This document shows positions 51,856 through 61,100 of a stretch of DNA of 64,000 nt, one piece after another. A model generated the notes under the pieces. It did no database searches. It was not told where the DNA came from and saw nothing but the letters and a program-made list of their open reading frames with translations. Positions within the stretch are counted from its first letter, which is position 1; each line of letters begins with the position of its first letter. Location: the IMG/VR virus record IMGVR_UViG_3300033121_000902; one strand, 5' to 3'. The position numbers and the translations under genes were made by a program. The DNA comes from an uncultured virus (IMG/VR IMGVR_UViG_3300033121_000902). Taxonomy: Duplodnaviria > Heunggongvirae > Uroviricota > Caudoviricetes.

Positions 51856-52380
51856 ATGCCTAGCGATATAGGAAAGTGCATTTCTGCGAATAATTATCAT
51901 GAAGGATGTGCTGTAACAATACTTCCTGTTGGAGTAGATTTAGCAAACAAAATCCTTGATGTTACAAGAAATAAAGCAAACAAAGACTGGTCTGCATTTG
52001 CTAATGTTGTTGCAAATAAATGGAAAACTATTGGTTATTATTACAATGATTATCCAGATAGTCAATTGACAAGCGATGTTGACGCTCCAAATGCTAATAC
52101 TAACGCTGTTATAAATTACAGTGCTGATGCATACGGTAAACATGTTTTAGCTGGCCTTGCTTGGAGCTATAATGCTTCACCTACAAGCGGTAATTTAAAG
52201 GTTGAAGACGGTTCAGGAAATACAATTTTTTCTGTCGATATAACATCTGCTGGACCTGGACAGTTTACATTCCCAGATAATTTGCAAGGAACAGCAAATA
52301 CGGCAATGATTATTACTTTGAACGCTGCCGGTTCTGGAGTCAGTGGCAAACTCACAACGCTCGGACACAAGGTTGAATAA
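51856..52380 (+). CDS. virion-associated hypothetical protein
   Basis: 174 aa, beta-rich, in neck module. Confidence 0.5.
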   Translation: MPSDIGKCISANNYHEGCAVTILPVGVDLANKILDVTRNKANKDWSAFANVVANKWKTIGYYYNDYPDSQLTSDVDAPNANTNAVINYSADAYGKHVLAGLAWSYNASPTSGNLKVEDGSGNTIFSVDITSAGPGQFTFPDNLQGTANTAMIITLNAAGSGVSGKLTTLGHKVE

Positions 52381-52547
52381 TGAAAAATAATTCTTCGCCC
52401 ACCCTTCCTGCTAACACAGGTTTAAGCGGAATGTCTGTTACTGGTGGCGTTGTTGCACCAGTCGGAGAAACTTTTTTCTTGATGAAAAACGGTACAGATT
52501 ATTTGTTAAAAAACAACTCTAATGATAAATTGTTAATCAGAGGTTAA
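52380..52547 (+). CDS. 55-aa hypothetical protein
   Basis: ATG overlaps the upstream TAA; fills the gap before 52550. Confidence 0.5.
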   Translation: MKNNSSPTLPANTGLSGMSVTGGVVAPVGETFFLMKNGTDYLLKNNSNDKLLIRG

Positions 52548-52549
52548 TA

Positions 52550-53074
52550 ATGGCAGATTTACTCGACTCTGATGATAGAAGTTCAATATTAGAAACTTTT
52601 GATGACATTTTTGATACTTACAAGAAAGAATGTCGTGTTTATTATCCTTCTAGGATGGAAACATGCTCTAATTGTATATATGACAGTATTGGGGAAAAAT
52701 CCGGTAATAGATATAAAACTGGAGGTCCAGCACCTTTTAATGTTGGTTATTGTCCAATGTGTAAAGGTAGTGGAAAAAGAGAAACTGAGAACTATGATAC
52801 AGTTTATATGACTATTGATTGGAACCCAGGAAATTACTCGCTAAAGAAGTTTTTAAGAATAACTGATATAGCTAAGATTCCAGACAATGTAATCATGACA
52901 AGATTTAAAGGTAGTGATTATACTAAAATAAGACCATGCGAACATATGATAGTTGTAGGAGCTATGGAACCTTATTTTCATTTTAAGTATAAAATGTTTT
53001 CTGAACCTATTGACGCTTTTCAAGTAAATACAGCAGGGAGTTATTTCTTAACAGTATGGCAGAGATTAGGTTAA
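52550..53074 (+). CDS. neck / head-closure protein with Zn-finger insert
   Basis: CSNC...CPMCKG.G; position in neck module. Confidence 0.55.
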   Translation: MADLLDSDDRSSILETFDDIFDTYKKECRVYYPSRMETCSNCIYDSIGEKSGNRYKTGGPAPFNVGYCPMCKGSGKRETENYDTVYMTIDWNPGNYSLKKFLRITDIAKIPDNVIMTRFKGSDYTKIRPCEHMIVVGAMEPYFHFKYKMFSEPIDAFQVNTAGSYFLTVWQRLG

Positions 53075-53691
53075 TAGTAGTAGATTCTACTTCTGATTTA
53101 GCTAATAAAATTGGGCAATCCATTGCTTCTGATATTAATGCTTCTATTTCTACTATTTTATCAACTAATGTAATAGAACAAGGTTTAGAGAAAATAATAA
53201 CGAATGCTATAGAGGTTTCTCCAGAATATGAATCTTTACTCAACGGTCAATTACAAAAGGAATTTGGTTTAAAAGAAGCTAAGACAAGTTTGGACTCTAT
53301 TATAAATGGAATCATTAGAGAAATGGATATTGAGTTTAGACCATTTACTTTTATAGGAAATTCATTTATAGGTTCGTTAACTATTAGCATATCCAAATCA
53401 GATTTTTCAGATGTGCTAAATGTTGATGGAGCTTCATACATATCTAAAAACGGTATAATTGTACCTTGGTTAAATTGGTTATTATTATATGGAGATAATA
53501 TTGTAATTGGTGATTATAAAATACAATATAAAGATAATGATGAAGTATTTATGGTAAAAAGCAATGAAGGTTGGAGAGTTCCTCCAGAATTTTCTGGTAC
53601 TGAATCTGATAACTGGATAACTAGAAGTTTAAGCGTAGTTCCAGAAGAGTTAGAAAAATTTATATATTCAGAAATACTTAGAAGGTTATAA
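53056..53691 (+). CDS. neck / tail-completion protein
   Basis: PWLNWLL..G and W.VPPEFSGT..DNWITR motifs; position. Confidence 0.5.
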   Translation: MAEIRLIVVDSTSDLANKIGQSIASDINASISTILSTNVIEQGLEKIITNAIEVSPEYESLLNGQLQKEFGLKEAKTSLDSIINGIIREMDIEFRPFTFIGNSFIGSLTISISKSDFSDVLNVDGASYISKNGIIVPWLNWLLLYGDNIVIGDYKIQYKDNDEVFMVKSNEGWRVPPEFSGTESDNWITRSLSVVPEELEKFIYSEILRRL

Positions 53692-53693
53692 TA

Positions 53694-54647
53694 ATGTCTT
53701 ACACGCAGTTAAAAGGCGTTACACAAATAGGAGAAGCTACATTATCAGAGCAGTTATATGCTAATATAAGTACGTTTTTTAATTGGGGTTTGCTAGGAGT
53801 TGGTAGTTTTTTTAATATTACTCGCCCTTCTTCTGGTACATATGGCGGTGATTATTCAACATTAAGTTTAAGACATGATAGAAATTATACTTTAGGACGA
53901 GTATGGGAATCTGCTATACATGATTGGGTATGGGAAAGTGGAATAGAGTATAATACTCAACCAATAAGTATATCTGGAGTATATGTAAATAATGTGTTTT
54001 ATCCGTCTTCTGGTACTGGCACTTATGCTCATATTATAAATTATCCTTTAGGACAAGTTATATTTAATAATCCTATAGCTACCGGAAGCGTAGTTTCATT
54101 AGAATATAGTCATAGATATTTTCATTTCTACACAGCTGATACTCCAGGAGCTAAAGAAATAATGTTCAACTCATTTAGAGTTGATGATTCTCACTTTAGT
54201 CAACCCGAATCTGGTGTATGGAATATAATGTCTCAAAATAGAATAGAATTACCGGCAGTTATTTTAGAAGTTGTGCCAAAACAAAAAATGGTTGGGTTGC
54301 AGCTTGGTGGTGGTCAATGGGTAAGTAGGGATATCTTGTTTCATGTGTTAGCAGAGTCAGTTAGTGATAGAGATAAAATATTTGATATTATAACTTATCA
54401 GAAAGATAAAACTATCTTATCATTTGATAAGAATGCACTTATAACTGATAATAAGTTTCCATTAGATTCTGATGGTTCGCTAGTTTCTGGTGCTATTAAT
54501 TATCCAGAGATGGTAAATCCGACAGGGCAATACTTTTGGAAAAAGCTACTTTTTGAAAATTTCGTGTCTCAGGATGTTCCCTCTACGCCTCCACTATTTA
54601 GAGCAACCATAAGAGGCACTATTAAGACAGATTTAACAGAAATTTAA
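53694..54647 (+). CDS. tail terminator-like protein
   Basis: LPAVILE...GLQLGG...RD motif immediately before the tail tube gene. Confidence 0.55.
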   Translation: MSYTQLKGVTQIGEATLSEQLYANISTFFNWGLLGVGSFFNITRPSSGTYGGDYSTLSLRHDRNYTLGRVWESAIHDWVWESGIEYNTQPISISGVYVNNVFYPSSGTGTYAHIINYPLGQVIFNNPIATGSVVSLEYSHRYFHFYTADTPGAKEIMFNSFRVDDSHFSQPESGVWNIMSQNRIELPAVILEVVPKQKMVGLQLGGGQWVSRDILFHVLAESVSDRDKIFDIITYQKDKTILSFDKNALITDNKFPLDSDGSLVSGAINYPEMVNPTGQYFWKKLLFENFVSQDVPSTPPLFRATIRGTIKTDLTEI

Positions 54648-54660
54648 TAAGAGGTATAAA

Positions 54661-55692
54661 ATGGCTAATAAAAGAGTTTATTATGCAATTCAGCAAGTTA
54701 GAATAGCTCCTGACGGTACAGCTTCAGGTTCATATACAGACGCATATACTATTCATGGATTGCAGCAAGTTGGTATCAATACAAAATTTAATCTAGAACA
54801 GGTTTTCGAGATAGGTCAGCTTGCTATTTATGAAAATATTGAAAACTTGCCTGATGTTGAAATAACCTTAGAAAAAGTTCTAGATGGTAACAAGTTAATG
54901 TACCATTTAGCTACTCCAACAGCTACAAGTGCTACTTTAGCTGGACGTTCAACAATTAAATCACAGGTTCTATTAAGTATCTTCTCAGATACTAAAGATT
55001 CTGCTAGTGGTGCAGCTATAACAGAAACAGAATGTTCTGGTATGTTCCCATCTCAGTTGACTTATACTTTCCCTGTACAAGGAAACGCAACTGAATCTAT
55101 TACTATGGTTGGTAATAACAAAACATGGAGAACTCCATCAGTAGCTAGCGGTAGCTTCCCTGGCAACAATGATACTCCTCCTGGTTCAGGTGGTGTTCAA
55201 AGACGAGAAGATATTCTTTTCGGTTCTGGAGCTTCATACTGCGTATTGCCTCCTTCAGTAGAAGGTATTACAGATATTGGTGGTGGTAGCGGTTATAACA
55301 TTCTGGTTTCAGGTGCTTATGGTGCTGCTATTCAGTCAATCAAAGTAAGTGCAAGCTTAGGAAGAGATAATCTTGAGGAATTAGGTCACAAAGCTCCTTA
55401 TTTCCGATATGTTAACTTCCCTGTTCAGGTTAAAACTGATATAGAAGCTTATTGCAAAAACGGAGACCAAGTAACAGCTTTAGAAGATGCTGAAAACCTT
55501 ACTGACGAAACTATTATCATCAAAATGCGTGAAGGTTTAGTTATCAACTGTGGTAACAAAAATAAACTAGATAGCGTATCATTTGGTGGTGGTAATGCTG
55601 GTGGTCGTGGTGGTAACGCTACATGTACATATAGCTATACTACTTTTAATGATATGACTGTAACACATCCTCAAGACCCTGCTGGTCTATAA
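54661..55692 (+). CDS. major tail tube protein
   Basis: MANKRVYYA start, strong RBS, followed by terminator. Confidence 0.7.
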   Translation: MANKRVYYAIQQVRIAPDGTASGSYTDAYTIHGLQQVGINTKFNLEQVFEIGQLAIYENIENLPDVEITLEKVLDGNKLMYHLATPTATSATLAGRSTIKSQVLLSIFSDTKDSASGAAITETECSGMFPSQLTYTFPVQGNATESITMVGNNKTWRTPSVASGSFPGNNDTPPGSGGVQRREDILFGSGASYCVLPPSVEGITDIGGGSGYNILVSGAYGAAIQSIKVSASLGRDNLEELGHKAPYFRYVNFPVQVKTDIEAYCKNGDQVTALEDAENLTDETIIIKMREGLVINCGNKNKLDSVSFGGGNAGGRGGNATCTYSYTTFNDMTVTHPQDPAGL

Positions 55693-55721
55693 TATTTGTT
55701 TTTTAATCTGTTAGGTTTTAT

Positions 55722-55756
55722 AATCCTGTAGAGAAATTTTCTTTACAGGATTTTTT
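55722..55756 (+). terminator. intrinsic terminator after tail tube gene
   Basis: AATCCTGTAGAG...CTTTACAGGATT then T-run. Confidence 0.8.
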
Positions 55757-56836
55757 ATGTTTACAAACAATGAAGCTATATTAAAAGTTTCGAGAGTTTG
55801 TTCTGGACTTCTTTTCGTGAGCGTTAAAGACGTTGGAAGAAATAAGTTTGAACTCATACTCAGAAATCCATCTCTGTATTATATAAATTTATCAAACGAA
55901 TTATTTTTTGATTTCATCCAAGAAGGCTTGGAGTACGGCTTATATTCTGAATCGGAATATGAAGATTTTCTATTAGATAATGAATTATGGTTACCAGAAG
56001 GCGAAGAAAAAATAAAGTCGCTTAGAAAAGATATGGACGAACTTAAAGTAAAAATGTTTCAAACAGGATTTAATTCAAGAGAGTTAAACGAATGTAGAAA
56101 AATTTTGAAATATGTTAAAGATGATATCAATAAATTATTTAGCCAAAAACATAGATACGATTATTTGTCAGCAAAAGGGTTCGCCGACTCAGAGAAAATG
56201 AAGTTTTTAATAGGCAACAGCTTATATGATATAAACAAAAGAAAACTTATTAAAAACGGATATTGGGAATTTCCTACATTTGTATTAGAACAAGTAGCAG
56301 TTGTATATAAGAATTCAAGATTAACAGAAGAACAAATTAGATGGCTTGTTAGGAACGAACCGTGGAGAACAATTTGGACATCTAAAAAAGGCAACCTATC
56401 TTTGTTTACCGTTTCGTCAAGCGAATTAAGCGACGAGCAAAAAGCTTTTATAGCTTGGTCTTCTATTTACGATGCTATTACAGAAAATCCAGATAGCCCA
56501 CCACAAGATGTTATAGACGACGATGATTTAATTGATGGTTGGATGATTTTGCAAAGAAAAAATAGAGATAAAGATTTATTGCAAAAAAGAGCAGAAAATC
56601 TTATCACGAATGATAAAATTAAAAATTCTAGCGATATATTTTTGCCTGTTTCTACAAAAGAGGACTTCGAAAAAGTTTCTTCATTGAACGATGCTCAAGG
56701 AAATCTAATTAAGAAACAACGATTTTCATATGTAGAGAAACATGGAGTAGTTAAAGAATCAGAAATGCCTGATGTGAAGAAAGATATTAAGATTGAAAGA
56801 AATAGAATGTACGCGGAAAAAGTTAAAGGAGGATAG
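55757..56836 (+). CDS. tail-module protein, possible assembly chaperone
   Basis: 359 aa between tail tube and tape measure genes. Confidence 0.5.
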   Translation: MFTNNEAILKVSRVCSGLLFVSVKDVGRNKFELILRNPSLYYINLSNELFFDFIQEGLEYGLYSESEYEDFLLDNELWLPEGEEKIKSLRKDMDELKVKMFQTGFNSRELNECRKILKYVKDDINKLFSQKHRYDYLSAKGFADSEKMKFLIGNSLYDINKRKLIKNGYWEFPTFVLEQVAVVYKNSRLTEEQIRWLVRNEPWRTIWTSKKGNLSLFTVSSSELSDEQKAFIAWSSIYDAITENPDSPPQDVIDDDDLIDGWMILQRKNRDKDLLQKRAENLITNDKIKNSSDIFLPVSTKEDFEKVSSLNDAQGNLIKKQRFSYVEKHGVVKESEMPDVKKDIKIERNRMYAEKVKGG

Positions 56837-56838
56837 AA

Positions 56839-57240
56839 ATGTCGGACAATAATGAAATGTGGCTTAAGATGAGGGAGGTAACGGAAAAAAGAAATTCATC
56901 TGAGCCTTCCTTGCTCAAACTTCAAAGGGAACAAGAGTCAAAGAAAAGATTATTAGCAATAGCAGAAAAAAAACTAAAAACTTCTTTCATTCATCCTTTA
57001 AGTTGTTTTGAACAAATTTTTGGACATCTTTGGGGTTTTGGAAAGAAAGAATCTGAGTTGACAGAAGAACAGAAAAAAAATAGATTTTTGTGGAATTCTT
57101 TAAGGTCTAGCGTGTTAAATAATGGTAACGGACAGATTAGAGCAATCCACAATGAGTTAAATCAATATACGGTTAACTGGAACATGTATAAATATACACT
57201 GAAGACTATGGAGAACAATGATGGCAACAATAAAGAATAA
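56839..57240 (+). CDS. hypothetical tail-module protein
   Basis: 133 aa, RBS GGAGG. Confidence 0.55.
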   Translation: MSDNNEMWLKMREVTEKRNSSEPSLLKLQREQESKKRLLAIAEKKLKTSFIHPLSCFEQIFGHLWGFGKKESELTEEQKKNRFLWNSLRSSVLNNGNGQIRAIHNELNQYTVNWNMYKYTLKTMENNDGNNKE

Positions 57241-58036
57241 ATTAGTTTTTAACACAAAAGACAAAGATGATAACGATTTAGAATTATGTGTTAAAAAGCC
57301 TAATACTCAACAGAGCAAGGAACTTCAAAAAGTATATAACAAAAACTTTAAAGAAGCGTTAGACTCTGGTGCTATTTTGAGAGTTAAAGTAGAACAAGTA
57401 GCAAGAGAACAAAATATATGGAATGATGCTATACAAAAAGAGTTTGAAAAGTTGCAGACTCAAATATCAGATTTAGAACTAAAACTTGCTAAAGGTGGAA
57501 ACGCTGGTTTAACTCTGAAAAAAGCTAAAGAAGTTGCTGTAGATTTGGCAGGAAAGCGTGGTCAGTTAAGAATGCTTCTAGCTCCGAGAAATGAAATTGA
57601 TGTTAATACAGCAGAAGCACAAGCTGAGAATGCTAGATTCAATTATATGGTTGCTTTATGTACTTATTTTAATTCTGGAAAGAATGAAGGTAAGAACTAT
57701 TTTACAGATTACGAAGATTTAGTAGAGAGATTATCCGAAAAAGCTTCTATGGATGCAGCTAAATATCTTGGATTCCTGATTTACAATCTTGAACCAGATT
57801 ATGAAATGAGCCTACCAGAAAATAAATTTTTAGTTGATTACGGTTTTGCTAACAAAGATGGTAGACTGATTAATAAAGATGGCAAGTTTGTTAACTTAGA
57901 TGGTCACTTGGTTGATGAAAAAGGAAGATTGATAAACGAGAAAAACGAACTTGTTGATAAAGACGGTAATCTTCTTGACGATAAGGGTAACTATAAGGTA
58001 GACTTCAAACCATTTTTACCTGAAGACGACGAATAA
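57218..58036 (+). CDS. probable tail assembly chaperone with C-terminal 7-aa repeats
   Basis: Coiled coil, then GRLINKD-GKFVNLD-GHLVDEK-GRLINEK-NELVDKD-GNLLDDK; directly upstream of the TMP gene. Confidence 0.55.
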   Translation: MMATIKNKLVFNTKDKDDNDLELCVKKPNTQQSKELQKVYNKNFKEALDSGAILRVKVEQVAREQNIWNDAIQKEFEKLQTQISDLELKLAKGGNAGLTLKKAKEVAVDLAGKRGQLRMLLAPRNEIDVNTAEAQAENARFNYMVALCTYFNSGKNEGKNYFTDYEDLVERLSEKASMDAAKYLGFLIYNLEPDYEMSLPENKFLVDYGFANKDGRLINKDGKFVNLDGHLVDEKGRLINEKNELVDKDGNLLDDKGNYKVDFKPFLPEDDE

Positions 58037-58056
58037 AACGGATAGAAAATATTTTT

Positions 58057-58103
58057 GGATAGAGTTTATTGCAATAATTTTGTAATAGCTCTATCCTTTT
58101 TTT
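58057..58103 (+). terminator. intrinsic terminator just upstream of the tape measure gene
   Basis: GGATAGAG...CTCTATCC stem with T7 tail. Confidence 0.7.
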
Positions 58104-58119
58104 GTTATATGAGGATTAC

Positions 58120-61100
58120 ATGGCTGGTTTTAACATAGTCGCACAAATACAGCTTCAAGCTCCAACAAATCTAAGTAGAATTGCTTCGCAAATCCGCAGC
58201 AGTTTACAAGGAATTAATGCGAATATTAACCTAAACTTGTCTTCAGGGGCACTTAATTCCATAAATAACCTGACAAGTTCTATCAATAATCTTAATGCTA
58301 GTATAAGAGGTTTGAATACTAGTACAGCTACACTCAATACAACTTTCGCAAATTTTGCATCAAACGCAAACAGATTTAATTCTGCTGTCAGTAATACAAC
58401 AAGTAATCTTCAAGCACAAGCTGTTGCTGCTGTTGCTAATGCTAAAGCTATAAAAAGTGCTTCCGAAGCTGCTGAAGAATTCGGTAAAGCTGCTGGTTTA
58501 GCTGGTAGAAGATTCTTAGGTTTTACATTAATTGCTGGTAGCGTTGCTGGTACAATTGTTGCTCTTAAAAATGCTGTCACTGAAGCTGTTGCTTTCGAGA
58601 GAGAATTCATTAAAATCTCTCAAATAAACAATATTACAGCTGGAGAACTTGCTGCATTAAATAATGAAATCACAAGATTAGCCACATCTTTCGGTGTTTC
58701 TAATAAAGAATTAGTTAATACCGCTGTTACTTTAAAACAAGCTGGTTTAAGTGCTAAAGAAATCACTTCAGCTATGGAAGTTTTAGCAAAAACAACTCTT
58801 GCTCCTAGCTTTGAAAACATAAGAGATACTACTGAAGGCGTAATTGCTATTATGTCTCAGTTTAAAATAGAAGCTAAAGATGTAGAAATAGCTTTAGGTT
58901 CTATTAACTCTGTTGCTAACTCTTTCGCTGTAGAATCAAAAGACTTAATTTCTGCTGTTCGCCGTTCTGGTGGAGCTTTCAAAGCTGTTGGTGGTGATTT
59001 AAATGAGTTTATTTCACTATTCACATCAGTTAGAGCTACAACTAGAGAAAGTGCAGAAAGTATCGCTACTGGTTTAAGAACTATTTTCACAAGATTACAG
59101 CGTTCCGACACTGTAAGTTCATTGGAACAATTAGGAATTAACCTTCGTTACACAAGAGAAGAAGCAGAAGCTTTAGGACAAACTAATTTAGAGAAACAAT
59201 TCGTTGGTGCTTATGAAGCGGTTCGTAGATTAAGTCAAGGTTTAGCAGGTTTACGCTCAACAGACCCAAGATATTCATCTGTTATAGAGGAACTTGGTGG
59301 CTATCGACAAATTTCTAAAGCTATTCCTTTAATTCAAGAGTTTACTTTAGCTCAAAGAGCATTAGCTGTTGCTCAAGCTGGCGGAACATCTATCACTCAA
59401 GCTGCTGATAAAGCTCAAGAGACATTCTTAGTAAAGCTTTCAAAAGTTAAAGAAGAGTTCTTAGCTTTCGGTAGAGTAGTAGTAAGTAGCCAAGGATTTC
59501 AGTCATTTCTTGATACTGCCCTTAAACTAGGAAATGCTTTCGTAAGAATAGCAGATGCTCTCTCTCCTTTGATTCCTTTATTAACAACATTAACCGCAAT
59601 TAAGCTTACTACAAATTTTGCTTCATTCTTCACAGGTTTAAGCGAAGGTTTCTCTGGACGCGGACCTAAAAGATTCGCTACAGGTGGTGTTGTTCCTGGA
59701 CATGGTAACTCAGATACAGTTCCAGCATTACTAACTCCAGGTGAATTCGTAATCAATAAAACAGCTGCTCAATCAATAGGTTATAGCAATCTAAATAATA
59801 TCAGTAAGTTTGCAGCTGGTGGGAATGTTAATTTTAAAGTTGGAAAGAAAAATCTTTCTTCTGATGATGTTTACTTCTTATACAAATTAGCGGCAGAGAA
59901 ACAAAACGCTTCAAAATATTTATCTCCAGAAATTAATGGAGTTCCAAACAAGACTGGAATAAACAATCAAGCGTATTTAAAAAAACTTTTTGGAGATGGC
60001 GATTACTCAACTCCAGCTAAAGTATTTTCAGCATTTGGTTTTCCAGGTAAAGGAAAAAACGTACAAAGCCTCAGACAGTTGAGAGACGACTTGGAAAGAA
60101 GTTCTGGATTTTTACAAGAGCGAAACACCCTTCTTGCTAAAGGTTCATCTTTAGTTCGCGGAAAAACTTTGTATGCTCCTTTTGGTGGAGACGGAATTGG
60201 TTATGTAACAATGCCTCTTGGCGGTGGAGAAAAAGGTAAGGTCGGTAGAGACACATTAAATGCAGGTATAAGAGTTAGAGAATTAAGTATTGATAATTTA
60301 GGTAAAAAGGTTAATCAGAATGCTAAAGGTTTACTAGAAAAAGCTGGTATAGAAAAGATTGTTGGAGCGGTTAATGTTTATGTAATGGGTAGTCAGCCTA
60401 CAGCAGAATTTTATAACGAAATATTAGGAGAAGTTAGTTCTAACATTCAAGGTATTTACACTAAGAAATTTGGAGCTTCACGTACTTCTGCTTTTAATAA
60501 AAACCAGTTATCAACAATTAGTGGTTATTTATTTGAAAAATACATAGAAGGTATAACAGGTAAACCTACAGCTGGAGAAACATCAGATTTCGAATATACT
60601 AGAAGTAACTTAAATTCTGTACTTGGTCCTAAGTTTGACCAATTTGTATTTCCTTCACCAATCAAATCTAACTATATTGATTTAAAATCAAGTTATAGTC
60701 GTGGTAATGATTCTGATATTATTAAGAAATATATCAATTCAACATCAAGAACTGGTAAGCTATTAGAAGCTTTAGGACAAGCACCAGCTAAGTTTGCTAC
60801 AGGTGGAATAGTTCCAGGTAGCGGACACGGCGATACTGTGCCAGCAATGTTAACTCCTGGTGAATTTGTTATTAAAAAAGCTTCAGCACAAGCTATTGGT
60901 TACGATAATTTAGCTAATATTAATAGATATGCTAGTGGTGGTACTGTACAGATTAGACCTCCCGGAGGAGAAATTGGAGTTTTAACAACTGAAAGCAATG
61001 CTGTAAAAAATTCTTATGATATAGTAATGCCTAAATCTGGTTTTTCTCAACAAAATATATCAAAATTTAACTTTAAGACTGGAAATTATAAAGTACCAAA

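Noticed and set aside
55757..58036. Programmed frameshift in tail chaperones
   Set aside because: Each ORF has its own start, and no convincing slippery site at an ORF end was seen.
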